Program-made: the position numbers and the translations under genes
NCBI GenBank assembly: GCA_001730085.1
Contig: MDLB01000106.1
Location: 12,137 to 76,136, forward strand
Direction: 5' to 3'
Source of the DNA: PVC group bacterium (ex Bugula neritina AB1)
GTDB taxonomy: Bacteria; GCA-001730085
DNA length: 64,000 nt
Part shown: in pieces, positions 28,299-36,583 of the stretch
Layout of the letters: each line of letters opens with the position of its first letter
Position numbering within the stretch: the stretch's first letter is position 1
The notes under the pieces: model-generated
Database searches by the model: none
Told to the model about the DNA's origin: nothing
The model's input: only the letters and a program-made list of their open reading frames with translations

Positions 28299-28661
28299 AT
28301 GGAAGATAAGCGTTTATATCCGAGAGTTCGAGGAGACTTAGAGTGGCTATTTGTTGTTCAAGTCACCTTGAATGATGTCTCTGTGATAACAGAAACAAAA
28401 AATATTAGTTGTTCAGGAATCAAGTGTTGTGTTGATGATTTTTTTCTAGAAAATACCTGTGTTGAGCTTGTGTTACTCCTTCCTTTGACCGTAAAGGGAC
28501 TTATCTTCGAAAAGGTAAAGTGTCGGGCAAGAACTGTCCGTTGTTTTTCTTTTCTTCAAGAAGGTAAGGATGTTTATGACGTGGGTTTTGAATTTATCGA
28601 TCTTGCTGAGGAAGATCAGAAAAAAATAGAACAGTATGTTGTTCATGCTCAAAGTGCTTGA
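28299..28661 (+). CDS. Stand-alone PilZ-domain protein (120 aa)
   Basis: RLYPR (RxxxR) and NISCSG ([DN]xSxxG) motifs at the expected spacing. ATG 28299 preferred over the upstream ATG of the ORF track. Confidence 0.7.
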   Translation: MEDKRLYPRVRGDLEWLFVVQVTLNDVSVITETKNISCSGIKCCVDDFFLENTCVELVLLLPLTVKGLIFEKVKCRARTVRCFSFLQEGKDVYDVGFEFIDLAEEDQKKIEQYVVHAQSA

Positions 28662-28793
28662 CCGAACTGTTGCTTAAACTCTTCGTATCTTTGTACATGC
28701 TTATTTTTTGAATTTTTGGAGCTGTTGCAAAATACCTCAGACTCTTTCAAAGATTTTGATGGTATTTTGAAACGGTTTTGATCTACAAGGTTC

Positions 28794-29411
28794 TTAGCTT
28801 ATTTTATCTCTATCAGGCGAAGAGAGATTTTGTTTCTTGAAAGGCTCTTGACGTAAGGCTTCGAGTGCTGATAAATTTTTTAAATGCCTAGATATTTCAG
28901 AGTCTTCGGGAGAGAATCCTTTCACTTTCTGAAAAATAGATTTAGCTTTCGCTAAGTTTCCTTGTTGGATATGATGTTCACCTATTATTTTTAAAGCTTT
29001 TAGATCTGCCGGACTTATTGTTAGTATTTCTTGTATAAATGAGATGGAACCTTTTTTGTTAATACGTTGTGAAAGAAGATAGGCTTTCCAGTAATAGCTT
29101 TTTATTAAAGGGAAGTGCTTAATGAGTTTAAAATGAAGAGAGAGAGCTTTGAGGTCTTCATCGCTAAAAAAAAGGTATAAGGCATAAATTTTTAGAGGAA
29201 AAGTTATTATCTTTTTTAAGAAGAGGTTTAAAAGAGAGGTTTTTTTTTCTTGTGCTATCCTTATAAGACACATGTGTTGATAGTGACGTATGTCTGTATT
29301 TTCAGGATACCTTTTTAAAAGCTGATTGAGTAACTTCTCTGCGTACACATAATCACGTTTCTCGAATAAGCCTAGGGCTTTGTTGAGGGTTTCCGATTCC
29401 AAAAGATCCAT
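28794..29411 (-). CDS. TPR-like repeat protein (205 aa)
   Basis: Helical-repeat composition (ALGLFEKRDYVYAEKLLNQLLKRYPEN, GNLAKAKSIFQKVKGFSPED). Divergent from the GlnE-like gene with an 83-bp spacer. Confidence 0.6.
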   Translation of the reverse strand: MDLLESETLNKALGLFEKRDYVYAEKLLNQLLKRYPENTDIRHYQHMCLIRIAQEKKTSLLNLFLKKIITFPLKIYALYLFFSDEDLKALSLHFKLIKHFPLIKSYYWKAYLLSQRINKKGSISFIQEILTISPADLKALKIIGEHHIQQGNLAKAKSIFQKVKGFSPEDSEISRHLKNLSALEALRQEPFKKQNLSSPDRDKIS

Positions 29412-29494
29412 ACTATGAATCCTATCAAGATTTTGTTATTATCGTCAATAGTTATTTCATTAGAATCTCAGCTCGTTGTTTTGGGAAAAGTCAA

Positions 29495-32400
29495 ATGCAT
29501 AAAGATATTGTTTTAAAAAAGCTCACAAAAAGGATATCTCAAAATCTTTGGAGCCCAGAAGCGCTCACTAGTCATTGTGAGAGAATGTCTCAAACATACT
29601 TCGATCGGTTCAAATTAGAAGATATTGAAAAGCATATTATTTTAGTTGATAGGCTTTTGAAAGGAGAGACTTTTTGTTGCGAGTGGAAAAAATCATCTAA
29701 AAAACAAAGATATGAGCTTACCCTTATTTCTTACGACTATTCTTGGCTAACAGTTGCCTTGACAGGTTACTTGGTTATGCATCGGTTTGATATACGAAAA
29801 GGAAATGTCTTCACATATACAGAAGAGTGTAAAGAAAAGACGAGCTATCGAGAGTCTCGTAAAAAAGTGGTGAATGTTTTGGAGGTTGTTTACTGTGGAG
29901 AAGAAGACCTTTTACTAAAAAATCAAAAGGCATTTGAGGATGACATGCAGCTTTTTTTTGAAAAGCTTTCTAACAATGATGTTGAAGCTTTTAAAGGTTG
30001 CTTAATGAATCAAATAGGATCTTTCTTAGATCAAAAAGAGATGATAAATTTTCCTATTATGCCGATAGATATAGATATTTTAGTCAAAAATGAATATATC
30101 AAAATCAATATCAAAGCAGCGGATACGCCTTTCTTCTTATTCACTTTACTCTTAGCTTTAAAAGCTCAAAAGATAGAGGTGATTGATCTTTTAATAAACA
30201 CGCTTGATCAAAATGTTTATGATGTTTTGACAGTTCGAGATACGAGTAAGCGACTGTATCGCCACTCCGAGGAACTTCATAAATTTAAAGTGGCGATTGC
30301 TTTTATCAAATATTTTACTTATTGTTTACCTTTGGCTCCGGATGCTTATCAAGCTTTTCGTTGTTTTGAGATGTTTTTGGATCAAATTTGGGAAAAAAAA
30401 GACTTTTCCAAGCAGCTCATGTCTTTTTTGAACATGGAAGACTTGAGTCTTTTTGCTAAAATATTTGGTTCAGGAGCATATTTGTGGGAGCAATTTTTAA
30501 AGATACAATACAAAGCGTTTGTCCCCTTTGTTATTAAAAACCAAGATATGTTATATCGCTATCCTTTGAAAGAGAAATACGAAGATCTTTGTGGAGAATT
30601 AAAAAAGGTTTCAAATGTAGAGATTTTTGTTGACAAAGTGAATCAGTTCAAAGATGAGTGTTTGTTTGATTTAGATATGAGGCAGTTGATATATCCTCAT
30701 TACTCTTTTAGGGATTTTGGTTCAGACCTTAGTTTTTTGGCTCAAAAAGTGGTTATGTTGATAGCAAACTTTCTTTATAAGGAGCTTTGTGCAAAAAAAG
30801 GTACCCCTCAGTTTGAAGGTCGAGAGTGTGGTTTTGCCTTGATGCGCTTAGGAAAGTGGGGCGGAGATGAGCTAGGATATGCCTCAGATTTGGAAATGGT
30901 GATGATCTATGAAGGTTATGGAGACGTTACAGGTGAACTTTCTTTAACAAATCAAGCCTTTTTTAATCTTTTGATCCAAAAAATAAAAAAGTGTATTCGA
31001 GTTAAACGTCAAGGTATTTTTGAAATAGACTTGAGGCTACGACCAGATGGAGAAAAGGGTGAGCTTGCGGTTAGTTTTAATCGCTGGAGAAAATATTATT
31101 CGGAAAAACAAGCCCGTAGTTATGAAGTCCAATCTTTAGTTAAAATGGACTCTATATGTGGTACTTCAAAAAACTTGATAGAAAAAATTATGCAAGCTCG
31201 TGATGATATTTTATATAACGGAGAGCTTGATCCTGTTCCAGAGTTCATCAAGTTGAGAAAACAACAAAAAGAATCTTTGGTTCACCCTAGGAAAAAAAAT
31301 GTTAAATTTTCTTCAGGAGGTCTTGTTGATATTGAATATGCTATCCAAATGCTACAGATAAAGCATGGCAAACATTTGCCCGCGCTTAGAACCCCGCGAA
31401 CTCTTAAAGCTATGGGGAATTTATTGAGAAATGGATATATATCTCCTGCAGACTATGAATATTTATCAAATGCGTACTCCTTTTTGAGGAGGATGATCAA
31501 TGCTTTACGTATGGTTCGAGGAAATGCGAAAGATTTAGTTGTTCCAGACCTTCAAAGTGACGAGTTTTTATTTTTAGCCCGTCGCATGAAATATAAGTCC
31601 GAAAAGGGTCTTTTGATGCAGGAAGTTTTAGAAAAAGACATTGAGTATCATATGGGACAAGTCTCAGATTTTGTGCAAAAAACCTTTGTTGATAAATCTA
31701 CGAATAACAAGTCAGTATTAACGGTTTCGGATATTATTTTTTCGAAAGAGGAAGTTTCTTCGGATCTTGTGAATCAGATTCTTGCCTCGTATAAATTTGA
31801 TAATTCTTGGGAGGTGTACAAGTCGATCCGAAAAATGTACAAATTTGTCGAACATAAAAATCACTTTTTGGCTTTGCTTTTGATGATTTTGAGACAGATA
31901 GAAGACTCTCCTGACCCTGATAAAGTTTTATTTCTTTTTGAAAGATTGTTCACGAATGTTTCTATAGATATCTGTAGGGAGTGGTTTTATGAGCCAAAAA
32001 TACTCGATATGATAATATCTGTTTTTGGACACAGTGACTTTCTTTCTCAAATCATACTTAATGACCCAATGGCTATGGAAGAAATTTTTCATTGGGAATC
32101 CAAAAATGTTTTTCAGAATCATCAAGGTTTAAAAATTGAACTTGATCAAATGGTTAATAATGTTAAAGATATGGCCGATTATTTTGACAAAATGAGGCGT
32201 TTCAGGAATAAGGTTATTTTGAGAATAGCGCTTAGAGATTTTTTTGATTACGCAAAATTTTCCCAAGTTGTTCAAGAAATATCAAGTTTAGCAGACGTGA
32301 TCATAGATCATGCTTTTCAAAAGATTTTATCTTTTTATGAGATTTTGCACCTTTACGATTCTCAAGTTATTATTGCGTTAGGAAAACTTGGTGGACAAGA

Positions 32401-33196
32401 GCTTAACTATAGTTCAGATATTGACCTGATTTTTATTATTGATGATGATATTAATGATGCTGACCGGAAAGCTTTATTAAAAGCTAACCAAGACCTGATT
32501 GAATACATAATGGATAAGAGTATTTACTTTCAACTTTATAGGATAGATATGAGATTAAGGCCTTATGGTTCTTTCGGATCTTTGATAGTTAAAGAAAGTA
32601 TTTGTAGAAAATATTATGAAAACAATGCTCAAGGGTGGGAACTGCAGGCATGGTTAAAAGCAAGAGGGATAGCTGGTAACCTGAAGATGGGAAGAAACTT
32701 GATTAAAGATATTCAAGACAAGTTGCTTGATAATCCTAGACGCCCTGAGATAGAAAAAAGCATGAAAAAGATGAGGCAAAAGAAATTGAACATGTTGGAC
32801 AAAAATGGTGTTTTAGCTACTGATATTAAGTCTGGTGATGCTGGGATTCGAAAAATAGAACTTTTTATACAGGCCTTGCAAATTAATCATGCGAGCATTT
32901 ATCCTGACTTGATTTCTGGTAATACGGTTTATGTTTTGAAATGTTTACAACATCATGGTATTTTAGAATGTTCTTTTGTGAATGAATTGAAAAAAGATTA
33001 TATTTTTTTGAGGCGAGTTGAACACTGTTTGCAAGTTTTAGGTATGCAACAAACCCATATTATGCCCAATGGGAATAAAGAATTGTTGAAACTAGCGAAA
33101 CGTATGAGGTATATTGATTTTGGTAGAAATACAGCGGTGAAGGCTTTTTTAAAAGATTTCACAGCGACAAGAGAGCGCCTTTTGGCTTTAAAGTGA
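29495..33196 (+). CDS. glnE: GlnE-like double nucleotidyltransferase (glutamine synthetase adenylyltransferase family) with ~430-aa N-terminal ACT-like extension, 1233 aa
   Basis: Two GlnE-type NT cores: LGKWGGDELGYASDLEMVMIY followed by DLRLRPDGEKG, and LGKLGGQELNYSSDIDLIFI followed by DMRLRPYGSFG. The N-terminal part contains two ACT-like units (YELTLISYDYSWLTVALTGYLVMHRFDI and IKINIKAADTPFFLFTLLLALKAQKIEV). Confidence 0.75.
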   Translation: MHKDIVLKKLTKRISQNLWSPEALTSHCERMSQTYFDRFKLEDIEKHIILVDRLLKGETFCCEWKKSSKKQRYELTLISYDYSWLTVALTGYLVMHRFDIRKGNVFTYTEECKEKTSYRESRKKVVNVLEVVYCGEEDLLLKNQKAFEDDMQLFFEKLSNNDVEAFKGCLMNQIGSFLDQKEMINFPIMPIDIDILVKNEYIKINIKAADTPFFLFTLLLALKAQKIEVIDLLINTLDQNVYDVLTVRDTSKRLYRHSEELHKFKVAIAFIKYFTYCLPLAPDAYQAFRCFEMFLDQIWEKKDFSKQLMSFLNMEDLSLFAKIFGSGAYLWEQFLKIQYKAFVPFVIKNQDMLYRYPLKEKYEDLCGELKKVSNVEIFVDKVNQFKDECLFDLDMRQLIYPHYSFRDFGSDLSFLAQKVVMLIANFLYKELCAKKGTPQFEGRECGFALMRLGKWGGDELGYASDLEMVMIYEGYGDVTGELSLTNQAFFNLLIQKIKKCIRVKRQGIFEIDLRLRPDGEKGELAVSFNRWRKYYSEKQARSYEVQSLVKMDSICGTSKNLIEKIMQARDDILYNGELDPVPEFIKLRKQQKESLVHPRKKNVKFSSGGLVDIEYAIQMLQIKHGKHLPALRTPRTLKAMGNLLRNGYISPADYEYLSNAYSFLRRMINALRMVRGNAKDLVVPDLQSDEFLFLARRMKYKSEKGLLMQEVLEKDIEYHMGQVSDFVQKTFVDKSTNNKSVLTVSDIIFSKEEVSSDLVNQILASYKFDNSWEVYKSIRKMYKFVEHKNHFLALLLMILRQIEDSPDPDKVLFLFERLFTNVSIDICREWFYEPKILDMIISVFGHSDFLSQIILNDPMAMEEIFHWESKNVFQNHQGLKIELDQMVNNVKDMADYFDKMRRFRNKVILRIALRDFFDYAKFSQVVQEISSLADVIIDHAFQKILSFYEILHLYDSQVIIALGKLGGQELNYSSDIDLIFIIDDDINDADRKALLKANQDLIEYIMDKSIYFQLYRIDMRLRPYGSFGSLIVKESICRKYYENNAQGWELQAWLKARGIAGNLKMGRNLIKDIQDKLLDNPRRPEIEKSMKKMRQKKLNMLDKNGVLATDIKSGDAGIRKIELFIQALQINHASIYPDLISGNTVYVLKCLQHHGILECSFVNELKKDYIFLRRVEHCLQVLGMQQTHIMPNGNKELLKLAKRMRYIDFGRNTAVKAFLKDFTATRERLLALK

Positions 33197-33250
33197 TAAA
33201 TACAGATCGTTGCAAAGTTTCAAAAGTTCCTCAAATGCGAAAGGTTTTTT

Positions 33251-33415
33251 ATGTTTGAAAAAGATATGATTTTGAAAGATAGAGTCGAGCAGGTTTTTGA
33301 AGGTCAAGAGAGCGAATTAATGATGACTCTTAAAGATTTGGCCTTTAAGGCGAAAAAAAGAGGCTTTTTGGATGTATCTGTTGATAAGGACGATAAAAAG
33401 GAAACGGAGAAGTGA
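33251..33415 (+). CDS. Unlisted 54-aa ORF, translationally coupled to the HDOD gene
   Basis: My own translation: MFEKDMILKDRVEQVFEGQESELMMTLKDLAFKAKKRGFLDVSVDKDDKKETEK. AAAGG lies about 8 nt before ATG 33251. Its TGA (33413-33415) overlaps the GTG start (33412-33414) of the next gene as GTGA. It is below the 60-aa cutoff of the track. Confidence 0.5.
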   Translation: MFEKDMILKDRVEQVFEGQESELMMTLKDLAFKAKKRGFLDVSVDKDDKKETEK

Positions 33416-34284
33416 AAACGTTTGATTTTTCGCAAGACTTAAAAAAATTATTAAAGCCGATTGATGAGATTCCTTCCTGTTCACCCTTTTTAATGGAAGT
33501 GAAACATATTTTGCAGAAAGACCCTTTGGATGTATCGAGTGTTAACCTTGCTTTAGATACAAAAATTTCTTATGAGAGTAAACTACTAAAGATAGTTAAT
33601 GGACATTTTTTTGATTTTTCTAGAAGCGTGAGTTCTTTGTCACAGGCTTTGAGTTATTTAGGTGTTTACCAGTTTTATCAACTGGCATTGTTTTGTGAGA
33701 TATTGGAAGTTTTTGGAGGGGCAGATTCTAAAACAGATTTTGATAGAGAAGGATTTTGGGAACACAGCTTTGCTTGTGGTTTAGTTTCTTTTGAGATAGC
33801 GCGTCATATGGGGTTTTTAAACTTGGGAGAAGCTTTTTTTGGAGGGGTATTTCACGATATAGGAAAGCTTTTTTGGGATCAATTTCTATATAAAGATTTT
33901 AAGAAGATTTTAACCCGTGTTTGCAAGAAAGATGAGTTGATGTTAACGGTTGAAAAGGAACTCCTGAATGTTACTCATGCTGAGCTAGGAGGGTGGTTTT
34001 TGCAGAAATGGCAAGCCTATCCAGTTTGGAACCGTGCGACACTTTATCATCATAACCCAGAGCCACATATGGAGCAAGATCCATTGGTTGCGATTGTGCA
34101 TGTGGCAGACATTATTAGTCGTGCTCTTTTGCTCGGAAACCCTGGGGATGATAAGATCCCTAAGATGAGTGAAAAAGCTTTTAAGAGTTGTGGATTGAGC
34201 TTTTCGTCCTTAGAAATTATTTTAAAAAAAGTGGATCAGAAATTTTCTCAAATGGATTCTTTTGTTCAAGTTTCTTTAATGTAA
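33412..34284 (+). CDS. HDOD-domain protein (HD-related output domain)
   Basis: Pattern IPSCSPFLMEVKHILQKDPLDVSSV...LLKIVNG...SLSQALSYLG, then GGVFHDIGK, HAELGGWFLQKW and YHHNP, typical of HDOD as I remember it. Confidence 0.75.
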   Translation: MKTFDFSQDLKKLLKPIDEIPSCSPFLMEVKHILQKDPLDVSSVNLALDTKISYESKLLKIVNGHFFDFSRSVSSLSQALSYLGVYQFYQLALFCEILEVFGGADSKTDFDREGFWEHSFACGLVSFEIARHMGFLNLGEAFFGGVFHDIGKLFWDQFLYKDFKKILTRVCKKDELMLTVEKELLNVTHAELGGWFLQKWQAYPVWNRATLYHHNPEPHMEQDPLVAIVHVADIISRALLLGNPGDDKIPKMSEKAFKSCGLSFSSLEIILKKVDQKFSQMDSFVQVSLM

Positions 34285-34306
34285 AATATCTCAGTTTAAT
34301 TTAAAT

Positions 34307-35887
34307 ATGCTATTGAATCCGTTACCTTTGTTCGTTTTTTCTTTGTTAGCTTCTTATGGTGCTTTCTTTTGTCATCATTTTTTAGTTTTCATCCTTTTTT
34401 TTATTCCTTTTTCTTTTTGGCTTTTGTGTTTCTTTAGAAACCATCGCTCACAGGTCCTAAGACTTTTTCTTATAGCGATTATTTCGGGAAGCTTTTTAGG
34501 AGAGGGTGTACGTTGTCGACAGAAGGTGATGAAAAATATCTTTTACCTTTTGCAGCAAGAAGAGGAGGTTATGGTTGAGGGGGTTATTTCAAAATCTTTC
34601 AAAGTCAAAAAAATAAATAAATTAAAAATCAATGCCCATAAAATATATATGAAAAAATCTCAAAAGATTATCAGTTCACAGTTGCCATATATTTTATGTG
34701 ACATAAACCTTTTTGATAAAGAAAAACTTAAAAAAGGAGATAAAATAAAAGTAATAGGTAAATGCCGTTTGATGAAAAAAAAGGATGAAGGTTATTATAG
34801 TTTTTTGTTAAAGAATAATATTGTTCTCATTATAGAAAATGCTTTTTCCTTTCAGGTTAAAAAAAAGGATAAAAATCATTCGAAATATATTAATTCTTAC
34901 TACTTTTTTAGACAGGGAAACCTTTTTGACTGTATAAACAATATAAGAAATTTTTTTTCTATCGGGATCAATTCCTTTCGGGATAGGGCGTTATGTTTTT
35001 TTAACTCTTTAGAAAGTTTTTTAGGACATGATATTCTTGAAATATTTAAAGCGTGGGTTTTGGGGCACCGAGAGGGAATGAGTCGTTTTTTGAAAAGGTC
35101 TTTTCAAAAAAGTGGCACATATCATATTTTTGCGATATCAGGTTTGCATGTTTTTATATTTTTTAATTTGATTTTAGCGATTTTGATTTTTTTTAGGTTG
35201 CCTTTTGTTTGGGCAACAGTTATTTCTATTAATCTTTTATGTTTTTTTGCTATTTTAACAGGTGGAAGCTCGTCTGTTGTACGTGCAAGTCTCATGTGTG
35301 CGACGGTTATGATGATGAAAAATTTTGGTCGCTCCATTCGCTTAGAGAATCTTTTTTTTTTTACAGTAGGAGTTTTTGCTGTTTTAGATCCGGCTTGCTT
35401 AATACACTTAAATTTTCAAATGTCATTTTTAGCTATAGCCTGTATTGTTATTGTAGGAAAACTTTTAAAAATTTGGAAAAGAAGTGATTGGCATCCGATC
35501 ATAAAAAATGGGATTGATGTGTTTTTGATGTCTGTTTTTTTGATGTTGGGAATGGCTCCCGTAATGTTGGCAACATTTGGTGAAGTAGCATGGGTAAGCC
35601 CTTTGAGTAATATATGCGTGGTGCCGTTAATGATTCTCGCGCTGTACCTGTTTTTTGTGATTTTATTATTTAAAGCTTTTCATTTAAATCAATTCCTTTT
35701 TGGTATTATGATCAAATGTGAAAAAGCTGTGATGGAAAGTTTGCTACAGATTGTTTCTTTTTTTTCTAAATTTCAATTATTAACATTAAGTATAGATAAT
35801 TTTTATATGTACTTATACTTTTATATGATTTTGCTGTTTTTGCTTTTTATTCCATTTTATTCCATTTTATCGAAAAATGAATATTGA
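34307..35887 (+). CDS. comEC: ComEC/Rec2-family DNA internalisation channel protein, no metallo-beta-lactamase domain (526 aa)
   Basis: N-terminal OB-like region between TM helices, competence-domain motif GTYHIFAISGLHVFIF, many TM helices. Confidence 0.8.
   Translation: MLLNPLPLFVFSLLASYGAFFCHHFLVFILFFIPFSFWLLCFFRNHRSQVLRLFLIAIISGSFLGEGVRCRQKVMKNIFYLLQQEEEVMVEGVISKSFKVKKINKLKINAHKIYMKKSQKIISSQLPYILCDINLFDKEKLKKGDKIKVIGKCRLMKKKDEGYYSFLLKNNIVLIIENAFSFQVKKKDKNHSKYINSYYFFRQGNLFDCINNIRNFFSIGINSFRDRALCFFNSLESFLGHDILEIFKAWVLGHREGMSRFLKRSFQKSGTYHIFAISGLHVFIFFNLILAILIFFRLPFVWATVISINLLCFFAILTGGSSSVVRASLMCATVMMMKNFGRSIRLENLFFFTVGVFAVLDPACLIHLNFQMSFLAIACIVIVGKLLKIWKRSDWHPIIKNGIDVFLMSVFLMLGMAPVMLATFGEVAWVSPLSNICVVPLMILALYLFFVILLFKAFHLNQFLFGIMIKCEKAVMESLLQIVSFFSKFQLLTLSIDNFYMYLYFYMILLFLLFIPFYSILSKNEY
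35851..35870 (+). repeat. Perfect tandem duplication of a 10-mer (tccattttat x2) at the 3' end of comEC
   Basis: Read directly. The unit is not a multiple of 3, so copy number sets the last ~10 codons and the stop position of comEC. Confidence 0.85.
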
Positions 35888-36270
35888 TAAAGGTCATTTT
35901 TTTAATATTAAGAGGCTTTCCTAACTCATAATGTTTAATATTTTTTAAGATCTTTTTTAGATTGAAAAATATCAATTTCTGTGAATTCATTTTTAAAATA
36001 ATTTGAATAAATCTTACTATTAATTTTTTTATAAAGGATCTAAGAGAATCATTTAAAAGAGATATTTTAGCAAAAATGCTCTCCCTCTAATGATTTTGAT
36101 TTTTTTCAAAAAGGTCAAGAAGTTTCAGATAGAATGGAGAAGATGGACACATTTGCTTCTTTTATTCGCTCATCTTAGGTTATGTTGAAAAAAATTCATA
36201 AAGATAAAATGTAGAACCCATGATGATATATTTTTGATATAATTTTTTTTAATACTCTGTCACATTTTGA

Positions 36271-36299
36271 TTGACAAATACTTAAATAAAAATTAGAAT
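36271..36299 (+). promoter_or_regulatory. Near-consensus sigma70-like promoter TTGACA-N17-TAGAAT upstream of rng
   Basis: TTGACA 36271-36276, 17-nt spacer, TAGAAT 36294-36299. This implies a ~280-nt 5' leader before the RNase G/E-family gene. Confidence 0.45.
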
Positions 36300-36583
36300 A
36301 GGTTCTTTTTTTGAAAAATACCTGAAAGTGTCGAAAAAATCTCTTCATATTTAAATTGATTTTAATGAAGAGGCTGTTTGAATGTTTTTTTCCCAGATAT
36401 TAACTTGACTATTGAAATGCATTCGTATCTCTTGAGCGATAGCTTTTTTTTGTTTACTTTGCGATAATTTCGCTAGCTTTTAACTGTATTCTATTGCGAG
36501 CGTTTTTTAAATTCAAATTTTTTTGATGTTTTTGAATTAAGAGATTTTATTTGAACGGGTTTCCACTTTTGTTTTAAGAAAGA

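Noticed and set aside
35851-35870. 10-bp perfect tandem duplication at the 3' end of comEC as a possible phase-variation switch.
   Set aside because: It has only two copies and affects only the last ~10 codons after the final TM helix; removing one copy just replaces the tail with about 17 other residues. It is recorded as a repeat feature and is more likely a neutral slippage scar.
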